Source: an uncultured Clostridia bacterium (lineage in GTDB: Bacteria; Bacillota; Clostridia; Christensenellales; UBA1242). From it: a DNA stretch of 64,000 nt. Both the position numbers and the translations under genes were made by a program. This document shows, one piece after another, positions 17,572-28,600 of this stretch. Under the pieces are notes generated by a model, which saw nothing but the letters and a program-made list of their open reading frames with translations, did not search any database and was not told the DNA's origin. Location: NCBI GenBank assembly GCA_944381205.1, contig CALWKG010000001.1, positions 66,488 to 130,487 of the forward strand, written 5' to 3'. Within the stretch, counting starts at the first letter, position 1; each line of letters begins with the position of its first letter.

Positions 17572-18489
17572 TCAATCTAATTTTAACCCACCGATAAACT
17601 CTCTTAATAAACTATTGTCTGGTATTAAATCTTCATTAAGAATTTGGCAATGCGAAAAAATGTCTAAATACTTTGAAATAACAGGGCTAATACTTTGATA
17701 CTGTTTAAACTTTGACTCTACTTCAAACTTAAACAATGATAACTCGTACGAAAAAACGGTATCAATTACAAAATTTGCGCTAGGTTTGTATGGTAAAATA
17801 TTTTTATCTTCTCCCACGCAAACTTCTTTCCACATCTCAATACTTTCAAGGTAAGGGACATCTCTATCTCGGGCATCTCTTATCATTCTTCTTAAAAGCC
17901 TAATTTCCCTAGACGACAACTTATCTTCCCCATTAATAAAAAACTTAGAGTCGCAATCTAAATAAATCTTATAAATTCTATCGTTGCTAAGCCCTTCGAC
18001 AATTTTAGGGTTATGTGCGTGGATACCTTCCATAATAATCACTTCGTTGCCATTGAGTTTACATTCTACCCATTCCGGCAAACGAGTATGCGTAGCAAAA
18101 TCAAATTGCGGGGTTTTTGTTTCGTTTTTTTCCAAAATTTCGCCAAGGCATTTTTTTATGCACTCTACATCAAGAGCCTGCAAACTTTCTATATCAGGTT
18201 CTCCATCTGGTCTAACGGGGATTTTATTTGCATCTATAAAAAAATCGTCCATATTTAAAACGTGAGAAGGTATGTTGTGTTGCCTTAATCTTTCCTGCAA
18301 TCTAAAACTTGTGGTGGTTTTACCAGCAGACGAAGGTCCTGAAATAAGTAGGATTTTTACGTTTAAATTTTCTATTTTTTGTGCCACTTCTTCTAATAAG
18401 TTTGCATAGTACTGCTCGGCAAGAGAAACAACTTGCTTAGGATTTTGCTGTATTTGTTCGTTAATTTGCTCTATGTTTATATTAATCAT
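17572..18489 (-). CDS. P-loop nucleoside kinase, uridine kinase/PRK family
   Basis: Walker A GPSSAGKTT and IIMEGIHA. Start moved to MININIEQ (AAGGA RBS), because the track start overlaps the upstream gene by 100 nt. Confidence 0.6.
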   Translation of the reverse strand: MININIEQINEQIQQNPKQVVSLAEQYYANLLEEVAQKIENLNVKILLISGPSSAGKTTTSFRLQERLRQHNIPSHVLNMDDFFIDANKIPVRPDGEPDIESLQALDVECIKKCLGEILEKNETKTPQFDFATHTRLPEWVECKLNGNEVIIMEGIHAHNPKIVEGLSNDRIYKIYLDCDSKFFINGEDKLSSREIRLLRRMIRDARDRDVPYLESIEMWKEVCVGEDKNILPYKPSANFVIDTVFSYELSLFKFEVESKFKQYQSISPVISKYLDIFSHCQILNEDLIPDNSLLREFIGGLKLD

Positions 18490-18502
18490 TTTATTTATCC
18501 TT

Positions 18503-19774
18503 TTAATAGTCTTTAAAGTATATTTTATAAGCAAAAGTTTGAACTTGCTCGAAATCTTGACTTTTGCAAGCCGACAAAAATTGTTTAATTTCGTCATCTT
18601 CAAAATCGTTTTCGCTAATGCCAGACTTTTTAATTACCTGACAAAAATCTTTTATGCAATCGTCGACACCTATTAAGTTCATTAAGACGAAATCGTCTTG
18701 CTTAAAGAAATTTTTAAAATAGTAAATCCATTTTTCTGTCGAAATCTCTTCAAGTATATTACCCGCCACCTCACGAGAAGAAGGCAAATACCCATTGCAA
18801 TTACCCAGATAACAGACTAGACTTGGGGTTATAACACTCCTTAAAAAATATCTTGGGTACGAATTTAACTCATTAAGTTTTATTAGTCCGTCTGTTTCGT
18901 CCTTTTGATTGTGGATACTATAATGGCAGGACAAAATATCCTGACAATTTTTAAGAATTGCCGTCACAACTGACAAGTCGGTAGTAAAATCAATTAACTT
19001 CACTTTACAAAAACCAGACATAAAGATTTTGTAAATAGCAGAATCTTCTGGCAATGTTTTTAAATAATAGGAGTAAAACTTTTTATCATTTAGACTTGTT
19101 TTATCCCACAAATCTTCTATTAGATTAATAAAATTTTGACTTAGGGTTTTTAATCTTTTATTATCGTTAGCAATCTCAGTTTTAATCATAGCAAAGATAA
19201 GCCTTAGTAAAATGTTTTTATGCTTGTTAATAGCCGACACGATATTTAGGTATTCTTCGCTAGATGGCAAGATATTAGTGGTTTGCAACAGGTCAATAAT
19301 GCTTTTTATCTTTGAAATTTCGTTGCTAAAATCTTTTTTTATAATTGATTCATACAAGTTTGAGATGTAGAATTTTGTACGTTCTTTATTGATATCTTCT
19401 GTTTCAATAAAAGAGTCTTTTTTGCCTTGCAAATATTCGATAATGTCTAAAATTATTAATTTTTCTTCCTTAGAAATTAAATCTAAGTCACACGCGAGCC
19501 TTAAAACAAAGACGTCAAAAAAGTTTGAAATAAATGTTCTATCTATCCAATGAATTAAATTAACGACTAACTCGTCACCTAACGAAAAAACCGTGTCTTT
19601 TAATTTTTTTACAGCCTTATTAAAGACATATTCTATAACATAATTATACATTTTTGCGTTAAATGACGAATAAATAAAGTCCTTATCATCTTCCGTAAGG
19701 TCGGATATGGTGGGGTCAGATATAACTTCTTTAAAAGCAGAATCGGAAATGCTTTTTTGTTTATGACTAATCAT
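18503..19774 (-). CDS. Hypothetical 423-aa all-helical protein, partner of the DAC-like gene
   Basis: No motif recognised. No TM segments. Start codon overlaps the stop of the upstream gene by 1 nt. Confidence 0.6.
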   Translation of the reverse strand: MISHKQKSISDSAFKEVISDPTISDLTEDDKDFIYSSFNAKMYNYVIEYVFNKAVKKLKDTVFSLGDELVVNLIHWIDRTFISNFFDVFVLRLACDLDLISKEEKLIILDIIEYLQGKKDSFIETEDINKERTKFYISNLYESIIKKDFSNEISKIKSIIDLLQTTNILPSSEEYLNIVSAINKHKNILLRLIFAMIKTEIANDNKRLKTLSQNFINLIEDLWDKTSLNDKKFYSYYLKTLPEDSAIYKIFMSGFCKVKLIDFTTDLSVVTAILKNCQDILSCHYSIHNQKDETDGLIKLNELNSYPRYFLRSVITPSLVCYLGNCNGYLPSSREVAGNILEEISTEKWIYYFKNFFKQDDFVLMNLIGVDDCIKDFCQVIKKSGISENDFEDDEIKQFLSACKSQDFEQVQTFAYKIYFKDY

Positions 19775-20814
19775 TATTTTTTCACCTCCTCGTAAAAAAT
19801 TTCCCCGTCTTGTGAGTGAAAATACACGCCTACGATTTTTTTGATATTTGAATTTATTACGGCATAGGCAGCGCGCTTTCTAGCCCCGCCGATGATGTTC
19901 TTTTTGGTATATTTTTCCGCCTTAATAAAGACGTTATATGCCCTGATTCGACCAATATTATCAACAATAGTTATTCCGTCATAATTTAACATAGCGATAA
20001 AAAGTTGGGCAATATTGGTGAGTTTTGCTTCCGAATAACTGCGTGTCATAAGAAATGTTTTAGAAAATTCTATTGGTTCATTTAGCCAAATACCATCGCT
20101 AAAAAATCCTTTTTGGTCCTTAAAATCTTTATCTACTACAACGCAAATTGCCCCGTGAATATCGTTTATGGCACGTTTTAGTATATTCTCGTACAAAATT
20201 TTTATTTCGTTTAATTTGTTTTTAGTGGTTTTTAATTTGGAAAAACTTGCGTTGACAAATCTTTTTATTACGTTTTCCCTATTTAAAAAGTTAGAGTCAT
20301 TTATCGAAAAATTTACAATTATGTTTCCGCCCCTAATACCACGCAAGCCTATTGCATAAGATGACATTGTATCTATATGTAGTAAAGAAAACTTTTCGTT
20401 TTGGGCTAAGGCTTCGTTTTCAAATATAAGGCTGTATAATGGTTTTTCCTTAATACTATTAAAGACCTTACAAATTCCATAATTTATTGCGCCGTCTTTG
20501 ATTTCTATATAAGTTGTCCAGTCATACGAGCAAAATATCAAAAGAGATTTAAGTCTAGAATTAAAATACTGCTCGTCCTCATCTGAAAACAAATGTAATT
20601 TAAAGAAATTAGGTATATTTTTGCTTAAAGTATCAATGTTACTTGTAAACAAAAGTCTTGGCTTAATGTTGTGGCCTTCTTCTTCATAACTGCAAAACTT
20701 ATAAAAACTATTTATAAAAAGCGAAATAAGATTTTCGGGCATAGTAGGATATTCTTTTGCTATAAGTCTTAAAACAGTTTCCTTTGCTTCTGTAAAATAC
20801 AAGTTATCCGCCAT
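19774..20814 (-). CDS. DisA_N/diadenylate-cyclase-like domain protein with an unknown ~200-aa N-terminal domain
   Basis: The C-terminal region aligns by eye to DAC motifs: HGAICVVVD, YDGITIVD..GRIRAYNVFI, GGARKRAAYAV, VGVYFHSQDGEI. Confidence 0.6.
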   Translation of the reverse strand: MADNLYFTEAKETVLRLIAKEYPTMPENLISLFINSFYKFCSYEEEGHNIKPRLLFTSNIDTLSKNIPNFFKLHLFSDEDEQYFNSRLKSLLIFCSYDWTTYIEIKDGAINYGICKVFNSIKEKPLYSLIFENEALAQNEKFSLLHIDTMSSYAIGLRGIRGGNIIVNFSINDSNFLNRENVIKRFVNASFSKLKTTKNKLNEIKILYENILKRAINDIHGAICVVVDKDFKDQKGFFSDGIWLNEPIEFSKTFLMTRSYSEAKLTNIAQLFIAMLNYDGITIVDNIGRIRAYNVFIKAEKYTKKNIIGGARKRAAYAVINSNIKKIVGVYFHSQDGEIFYEEVKK

Positions 20815-21635
20815 TAATTATTCCCCCCTTTATTATGTCCCCCAAAAAATTTTTCTGTAAAATGTAGCAAAACACTAAGTGGCATAAATCTCATAATAAA
20901 ATATAAAAATTTGTATTTAAAACCTATTATTTTGTGTGGTGGCAATTTGCGTTTAAGGCTGAGTTTATAGATTTTTTTTGCCACAAAATCAGCACTCATA
21001 CGATTATTTTCGTTAGCATCTATTTTATTAGTTGCGTTTAAAATTTTGTCATTGTACCTGCTATTTGTATTGAAATTTTTTACCCTGTTTTTTGTAAAAT
21101 TGGTTTTTGTATCCCCCGGGCAGACGTTACATATTTGAATTTTTAAGTCTTTACACTCCATACGTGCAGAGTAAAAAAGCAAATTCAATGCCGATTTGCT
21201 AGCACAATAAAAAGCCCTAAAAGGCAATGGAAAAAAAGCACAAACAGATGAAATGTTTATAATTTTTGAGCCACTTTCCATAAGCGGTAGTGCATATTTA
21301 TAGCAGTTAAACGCGCCAAAAAAATTAACGTCAAAAATTTGTTTTGCCGAAGATAAGTCGCATAACTCCACCGCGCCAGACAGCCCAAAGCCCGCGTTAT
21401 TAATTAATAAATTGATTTTACCAAATTTCTGTTTAATTTGATAAAAGGTATCCTTTACTTGTTGCTCGTCAGAAACATCGCATTGGTAAAAATTGCTTTG
21501 ATTTTGCCTATTATGCCTAGCAATGTTTACAACGATAAAGCCATTGTTGGTATAGAAATTACTAAGACAAAGACCAATACCGCTAGAAGCCCCGGTTATC
21601 ACTACGACATTACTTTCGTTTGCAAACTTACTCAT
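20814..21635 (-). CDS. Short-chain dehydrogenase/reductase (SDR) family oxidoreductase with hydrophobic C-terminal extension
   Basis: TGASSGIG, NNAG, and YCASK (YxxxK) motifs. Confidence 0.85.
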   Translation of the reverse strand: MSKFANESNVVVITGASSGIGLCLSNFYTNNGFIVVNIARHNRQNQSNFYQCDVSDEQQVKDTFYQIKQKFGKINLLINNAGFGLSGAVELCDLSSAKQIFDVNFFGAFNCYKYALPLMESGSKIINISSVCAFFPLPFRAFYCASKSALNLLFYSARMECKDLKIQICNVCPGDTKTNFTKNRVKNFNTNSRYNDKILNATNKIDANENNRMSADFVAKKIYKLSLKRKLPPHKIIGFKYKFLYFIMRFMPLSVLLHFTEKFFGGHNKGGNN

Positions 21636-21741
21636 AATAATATTTTACCCTACACACATACTTTTAGCAAGTAAAAAGTGTTACATAGAACTTATAAATA
21701 TAGAACTTTTTAAATTTTTATAAGGCAAAATTAAAATAATA

Positions 21742-22521
21742 TTATGCAAAAATATTTGATATGTTTTTATAATTAAGGGCGATTTTTAACAATGCAGATT
21801 TAATTTTTGAGTTGTAATACAAAGAGTTTTGTTCAAAATAAATACAATCATTAACGGTTTCATAAACTTCATTAAAACTGTTATTAAATTGTTCTAAAAC
21901 CAATTTACTTAAATCTAAATTATCCAAATTTTTTTTAAAATTTAAGGCATTAGAACAAATAAATGCACAGGCGCTATCTACTTCTGTCCTTAAAATTTTA
22001 GCACTGTCGTACTCTAAAATTTTTTCGTATAACAACATAAAACTTTCCCTAAAAAAATAAATAGCATCTACTATTTGCGTTTTACTATTGCCGTGATAAT
22101 CTATTAAAATTTCTTTGGCGCTTAAATTAACAATTTTTGAATTGTAATTGAGATTTTTTAAATTTTCCTGAATCTCTTTTGCTTCAATTAATGTTGGAAA
22201 AATTGAAGCAATTAGATAAAATTCCCCGCTTTGATAAATCTCACCCATTCCGCCCTTTGATTTTACGGCATCTGTCATAGAGTTTGCTTCTTCTAAATTA
22301 TCATAATCGGCAACAGACACCGCATAAACTTGAAAGGAAGGAACATCAATCTTATCTACAAAGAATAGTCCCTTTTTTTTAGTTATTACACTAGACATCA
22401 TATCGCAAATATTAAAGATAACTACACAAATAAGTAAAAAAATAATAAAAATATATATAAAATTTCGTTTTTTCCCCGATTTTTTATTGTTTTTTGTTGT
22501 TTTTTTTAAAAAAAATGGCAC
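21742..22521 (-). CDS. Membrane-anchored SPOR-domain protein
   Basis: N-terminal basic stretch plus TM helix. SPOR-like segment FQVYAVSVADYDNLEEANSMTDAVKSKGG...YLIASIFPTLIEAKEI. Confidence 0.55.
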   Translation of the reverse strand: MPFFLKKTTKNNKKSGKKRNFIYIFIIFLLICVVIFNICDMMSSVITKKKGLFFVDKIDVPSFQVYAVSVADYDNLEEANSMTDAVKSKGGMGEIYQSGEFYLIASIFPTLIEAKEIQENLKNLNYNSKIVNLSAKEILIDYHGNSKTQIVDAIYFFRESFMLLYEKILEYDSAKILRTEVDSACAFICSNALNFKKNLDNLDLSKLVLEQFNNSFNEVYETVNDCIYFEQNSLYYNSKIKSALLKIALNYKNISNIFA

Positions 22522-22653
22522 TAAAAATTGAAAACCCCCTTTTTTGTAGTTTAAAATTATAATAGATATGAAAATAAAATCGTAAAAACTTAATTTTAAT
22601 ACAAATTTATGATTAAATTCATATCAATATGATTAAAAGGGGGCTTTAAAAGT

Positions 22654-22917
22654 TTGGAATTTGTTGTTTTAGGCAAAAGAATAATTGCAATAGAAGAAAA
22701 AATCGATAGCATAACAAAAAGTGGTATTTGCTTGCAGTCGTCAGAAAGCAACTTAAAAAGAGCGAAAGTAATTTGCGTAAATGTAGACTTGATAAAAGAT
22801 ATACTTGTAGGAGAAATAATTTTGTACGAAGAACATAGTGCCATTAAATTTAGGTTAGAAGACAAAGACTATATAATACTTGAATACGACGATATTTTGA
22901 CGAAGATTAAAGAATAG
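22654..22917 (+). CDS. groES: Co-chaperonin GroES (divergent), TTG start
   Basis: 87 aa. GroES-like pattern (mobile-loop region ...KSGICLQ, VGEIILYEE, YIILEYDDIL). Lies upstream of groEL. GGGGG RBS before the TTG. Confidence 0.7.
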   Translation: MEFVVLGKRIIAIEEKIDSITKSGICLQSSESNLKRAKVICVNVDLIKDILVGEIILYEEHSAIKFRLEDKDYIILEYDDILTKIKE

Positions 22918-23088
22918 TTTAAAACCATATAACAGTTTTTAAATTTATTATGTTAATTAAAATTAAGTGGATTTAAAAAAATAATTTTAATATCAACTTT
23001 GATTAGACAAATAAATAAACTATAAAAATATCCATTGGAATAGATAAATTGATTTAATATAAATTTTAACAAAATTTAGGGAGTAAAA

Positions 23089-24666
23089 ATGAAAAGTATA
23101 ATTGTAAACAAAGAAGCAAAAGAAAAATTAAAACTTGGGGCAGAAAAAGTTGCAGAAATTGTAAAACTAACACTTGGCCCAAAAGGAAGAAATGTGGTAC
23201 TAGATAGAAAGTACTCTACCCCGTTAATTACTAATGACGGGGCTACGATAGCAAGAGAAATAGATTTAGAAGACCAATTTGAAAATATGGGCTGTAAATT
23301 AATAAAGGAAGTTTGCGCTAAAACAAATGATGATGCGGGCGATGGAACAACTACGGCAATTGTTTTGGCAAATAAAATGCTAAATTTGGGGCTAAAATAC
23401 GGAGATAACGGAATAAATCCCACAATACTAAATGAAGGGATAAAAATGGCTAGTGAACTGGCAATAAAATATTTAAAGTCAAAGGCAAAACCTGTAAAGA
23501 CGTCAAAAGATATAGAAAATATTGCAACGATTTCTTCTGGGTCTACATTTATTGGGAGTTTAATTAAAGAGGCTTATGAGTTTAATAACAACTGTAACAT
23601 TACTCTAATGGACTCTAAAACAAGCACCACAACACTTACGAAACAAGACGGAATGGCAATAGATAGTGGTTTACTATCTACATATCTTGCAACAAGCATT
23701 GAAAAAGGTATTTGTGAATATGATAACCCATACATACTAATAACTGACAAAAAAATCAATAATTTTAGCGAAATTTTGGGTGTTTTTGAGCAAATTATGA
23801 GTCAAAATAGACCAATTTTAATAATTTGCGATGATATAGACAGCGAAGCACTATCTACTATAATTGTAAATGTAATAAGAAAGACTTTTAGGGCTTGTGT
23901 AATAAAAGCACCACTTTATGGCGACAAAAAGAAAGCAATATTGGAAGACATTGCCTCGCTTTGTGATTGTGAAGTGATTTCTGATGAAAACGGGTTAAAT
24001 TTAAAAAATGCGTTACTTGAAAATTTGGGAGAAATAAAACACGTAAAGGTTACAAACAATCAAACAATTATAATTTCTAACAAAAAAAATAACGAAAGAC
24101 TAAAAAAACGTTTAAAGTTAATTGAAACTGAGATTGAAAATTGCACAAGTGATTATGACAAGGAAATGCTTAAAAATAGGTTCGCAAATTTAAGTGGTGG
24201 AATTGCAAGTATTTTAGTTGGAGCAAACAGCGACATAGAACAAAAGGAGTTTAAATTAAGAATTGAAGATGCTATTTGTGCGACAAACTCTGCCCTAGAA
24301 CTTGGGGTGCTTCCCGGTGGTGGTAGTAGTTTATACAAAAGTAGTAAAGTTTTAAGAAAATACAAATCAAAACTAAAAAATAAGGATTTACAGGCGGGAT
24401 TTGACATTGTGATACAAACTCTTGAAACACCTATTAGACAAATACTAGATAATGCGGGGTTGATCTCTGACAAAATTCTTAATAAGATAAATGATAAAAA
24501 ATCAATTAATTTTGGTTTTGACGCGCAAAATAATGTTTTTTGTAATTTAGAAAAAAAAGGTATAATTGACCCTGCGAAAGTGCCAATTTGTGCCCTGCAA
24601 AATGCAAGTAGCATTGTTAGAACTATGCTTACGACAGAGGCTCTTGTTTGTGATGAACAGAAATAA
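23089..24666 (+). CDS. groEL: Chaperonin GroEL (Cpn60), no C-terminal GGM tail
   Basis: TLGPKGRNVVL, AGDGTTTAIVLA, GGIASILVGA, VLPGGG motifs. Confidence 0.9.
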   Translation: MKSIIVNKEAKEKLKLGAEKVAEIVKLTLGPKGRNVVLDRKYSTPLITNDGATIAREIDLEDQFENMGCKLIKEVCAKTNDDAGDGTTTAIVLANKMLNLGLKYGDNGINPTILNEGIKMASELAIKYLKSKAKPVKTSKDIENIATISSGSTFIGSLIKEAYEFNNNCNITLMDSKTSTTTLTKQDGMAIDSGLLSTYLATSIEKGICEYDNPYILITDKKINNFSEILGVFEQIMSQNRPILIICDDIDSEALSTIIVNVIRKTFRACVIKAPLYGDKKKAILEDIASLCDCEVISDENGLNLKNALLENLGEIKHVKVTNNQTIIISNKKNNERLKKRLKLIETEIENCTSDYDKEMLKNRFANLSGGIASILVGANSDIEQKEFKLRIEDAICATNSALELGVLPGGGSSLYKSSKVLRKYKSKLKNKDLQAGFDIVIQTLETPIRQILDNAGLISDKILNKINDKKSINFGFDAQNNVFCNLEKKGIIDPAKVPICALQNASSIVRTMLTTEALVCDEQK

Positions 24667-24733
24667 CTAACCTTATTAAAAAATAATTAAACGTATATTA
24701 TGGTGTAATAAATTGTGTATATTTTAAACATAT

Positions 24734-24779
24734 AAAAAAAAGAATATGAAGTAAAAAAATTATCATATTCTTTTTTTTT
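24734..24779. terminator. Bidirectional hairpin terminator between groEL and the convergent rluA-like gene
   Basis: A-run, then agaatatga...tcatattct stem, then T-run. Confidence 0.65.
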
Positions 24780-24913
24780 AAAAACTTAGAAACAAATTTA
24801 TGGCTTAAAGACATAAGCATCAAAAATATAGCAAAATAAAATGTAATAAGAAAGCAAAACTAGACAAAAAATAAAAAATACTAGAATCTTTTGCAACAAA
24901 TATAAGGCAAACA

Positions 24914-25600
24914 TTACAAAAGATTATATTTAGACTGGTTAAATAAGTTCCAAGGGTATTCGTCATAAGGTGGTGGAACGTCAAATACGTAGGCATTCTT
25001 TTTAGTTGGGTGAACAAAAGAAATCTGTGACGAATACAATGCCAAGTTACCCTTTGACGACTGGTCGCCGTACTTTTGGTCATTTACAACACTACAATTT
25101 ATCCCTGCCATTTGTACTCGGATTTGGTGGCTTCTGCCTGTTAAAAGGTTAATTTTTAAAAGAGATTTGCCTTCCTTAGTGTCTAGGAGTTCGTAGTCCA
25201 AAATTGCTTCCTTGGCACCTTCTTCAAACCTTGGAACAATTTTTACAGTGTTATTTTTTTCGTCCTTTTTAAGATAGTTGGTGAGCCTGCCCCTTTTGTC
25301 CTTAGGTTTGCCGTTAACGACAACAAAGTATGTCTTTTTCATTGACTTATCTTTAATTTGCTCGCTTAGTCGCTCGGCGGACTTGGAAGTTTTGGCAAAT
25401 ACCATCACCCCGCCTGTTGGCCTGTCTAGCCTATGAACAAGGCCCAAATAGACGTTACCCGGTTTGTTGTGTTCCCTTTTTAAATAATCTTTGAGCATTG
25501 TTAAAAAGTCTTTATCATTAGAACTATCAAGTTGAGTTGGGATATTTTGGGGTTTGACAGCCACTAGCAAATGGTTATCTTCGTAAATAACGTCACACAT
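24914..25600 (-). CDS. RluA-family pseudouridine synthase (no S4 domain)
   Basis: HRLDRPTGGVMVFAKT catalytic motif and GRSHQIRVQ. Confidence 0.85.
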   Translation of the reverse strand: MCDVIYEDNHLLVAVKPQNIPTQLDSSNDKDFLTMLKDYLKREHNKPGNVYLGLVHRLDRPTGGVMVFAKTSKSAERLSEQIKDKSMKKTYFVVVNGKPKDKRGRLTNYLKKDEKNNTVKIVPRFEEGAKEAILDYELLDTKEGKSLLKINLLTGRSHQIRVQMAGINCSVVNDQKYGDQSSKGNLALYSSQISFVHPTKKNAYVFDVPPPYDEYPWNLFNQSKYNLL

Positions 25601-25606
25601 TATATT

Positions 25607-28600
25607 TTAACCGTCCTTTTTTATTGCTTTAAGTTTTAGGATAACTGGATTATCCATTATATCAACTTCTTTTTCTATATCTGGGGCTGGGATATTTTGA
25701 TTAAATTTTTTAACTAGGGCTTCTTGCTGGATTTTATCGGAAAAATTATCTATTACTTCCCTAATAAAAGGTGATGTGGACACAATATCCATTTCTATCC
25801 TATCTTCAATATTAAAATCGGCTTCCTTTCTGAGTACTTGGGCTGTTCTTACAAGTTCCCTATATGCGCCTTCAAGCATCAAATTATGGTCGATTGTGGT
25901 ATCAAGCACAATAGTGACGTTATTTTCGCTAAACACGACAAACTCTTGCTTTGGCTTTAAATTAAGCACAAACAAACTTGCGTCTAGTTTACCAAACTGT
26001 GAAATTTCTATTTGATTTTTATTGTACATTTCAACAAGTGCGCTCATACCTGCTTCGTTTAAACCTGAAACATAATTTTTGAGTGCCTGAACTTCGCCTT
26101 TAAGTACTGCTCCCGCAGATTTAAAGTTAACACTAAGATATGGAATATTAAATTTGTTGGTATTTTCTTCAAACTCAATATTTTTTATATTAAGTTCGTC
26201 TTTTATAATATCTGAAAGATTGGTTATTGCCTTTTTTGTTTTATCATCTGCCAAAACAAACATCGTTCTTAAAGGCTGTTTGATTTTTAAGGACTTTTCA
26301 TTACGAAGCCTTAGTGCGCTTGCGATGATGTTCCTTGCAATCGAAACGTCTTCTACCACTCCGCTTGACAGGACATTACTATCAACACTTGGAAAATCGC
26401 TAAGAAGGACACTAATCTCGGCAGATTTTTCACTACCGCGGACTAGGTTTTGCCAAATAAAATCGGTCATAAAAGGTATAATAGGAGCCATAACTTGCAA
26501 CATTGCCTTCAAAGCCCTATAAAGACAGGTGTAGGCGGTTAGTTGGTCATTTTTGTTATCACTTTTCCAAAAACGTTTACGATTAACGCGGATATAAAAG
26601 TTGGTGACCTCATCTACCAAATTTTCAAAGTCTTTTACAACCAAATAACTCTTGTTTTCGGCATAATTTTTATCACTATTTGCCACAAACTGATTAATTT
26701 TTTCAAGTAGCCACTTATCTGTAAGGCTAAGGTTTGCATAATCTAATTTAAAATTTTCGACGTCTGGGTTATCAATGCAAGCATAGGTATTGTAAAAAAC
26801 GTAACCATTCCAGAAATTCATAAGTTTACGTTTGGCTTCGTCAGTAAGAGTAAAGCCAAAACGCATATCATTGGTAATATTCGCCCCTGCATACAGGTAT
26901 CTGATAGCATCTGCACCAACCTTATCTGCGACGACATCGCTATCTAGTGCGTTGCCACCGCTTTTATGAAATTCCTCGCCATTTTCGTCTTTAACATACT
27001 GGTGAGTAACAATTTTTTTGTATGGGGCGCGCCCAGTTAGCACCACACTCATAACAAGCATAGAGTAAAACCAAAGTTTGATTTGCTCTACCATTTCACA
27101 AACGTAATCGCTTGGGAAATTTTCGTTAAAAAAGTTTTTGTCCTCAAAATATTTTTTTGTACTAAACGGAGTTATACCCGCATCTAGCCAGCAATCGCCC
27201 ACTTCTTTTACCCGCTCGACTACTTCACCACAATTTTGGCACTTAATTTTAATATCGTCAATCCAAGGTCTATGAATATTTGGCAAACTGGCAATTGCTT
27301 CGGGATTTACGGCTAGTTTAGTAAGTTCTTCCAAACTGCCTATTACGTGCAATTTTCCGCACTTTTGACAAACGTAAAATGGTAACGGAAGCCCATAAAA
27401 ACGGCTACGAGAGATATTCCAATCCCCCATATTATTAAGCCAATCGGTCATTCGCTTTTTGCCATATTCTGGCTGGAAGGTGACGTCGTCTATTGCCTTT
27501 AACAACTGCGGTCTAAGGTCATCTAGGGCAATGTACCACGTGGAAATTAGTTTATAGACAAGGTCTGTTTTGCATCTCCAACAATAAGGGTAACTGTGGG
27601 TGTATTTGTGTGCATAATACAACTTTCCGTCCTGTTTTAGCCTATTTACAACCAAATCTACCACGTCTACCGTCTTTTTGCCTGCCAAGAAGCCAGTATT
27701 ATCTAACATAACTCCTTGTTCGTCTATTGGACAATATTCCTTTAAATTATACTTTTTGCCAAGTTCAAAGTCTTCTGCCCCGCAACCCGGCGCTATGTGG
27801 ACTACACCACTACCTTCTACACTATCTACTTCGTCCCAAAGCAAGATGGTGTGTTTAAACTGTTGTTCTATGAGTTCTGGAAAGCAAGTTTCGTATTCTA
27901 GCCCGACAAGTGCATCGCCTTTAAATTCGTCTAAAATAGTATAACTTTCCTTTACAACCTTTAAAGTGTCTTTGCAAAGCACAATCGTGTCGTTTGTTTC
28001 GTTTAGTTTTACCTTTACATAAGTAAAATCTGGGTTTACGGCAAGAGCAGTATTTGCGCTAAGAGTCCAAGGTGTAGTTGTCCAAGCAAGCATTTTAAAA
28101 TCCTTGTCTTTTACCGGAAATTTGGCAAAAATTGCCGTATGAGTCACGTCGTGGTAACTCCCCGCCATTTCGTGTTCGGAAAGGCTTGTCCCGCACCTAG
28201 GACACCAAGCCATTGGTCGATTTTTCTTTACAATGTACCCCCTATCGCTACAAACTTTAAGAAAGTGCCAAATAGCCAAAATGTTATTATCGGTATTTGT
28301 AAAGTAACTGTGTTTCCAGTCCATCCACTGCCCCATACGAATTGATTGGTTAGTGATTTCGTTTGCGAAATATTTGACGCGTTCCATACACTTATTTGTA
28401 AAGTTATCAATACCATATTTTACAATCTCTGGTTTGCCGTTAAGCCCTAGTTCCTTTTCGACATTTACCTCTACCCACATACCCTGTGCGTCGAAGCCGT
28501 TTTGATACATTTGGTCACGACCTTTCATTGCATTGTATTTAATGGTAATATCTTTTAGAGTTCTGCCCCAAATGTGATGAACTCCGCACCTGTTATTTGC

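Noticed and set aside
17572-18603. Track-predicted N-terminal extension of the kinase-family gene. Similar extensions appear on sepF, truA, atpB, the CBS protein and the small V-ATPase subunit.
   Set aside because: The extended starts overlap upstream genes or lack an RBS. Internal ATGs with GGAG/AAGGA sites give family-typical N-termini.
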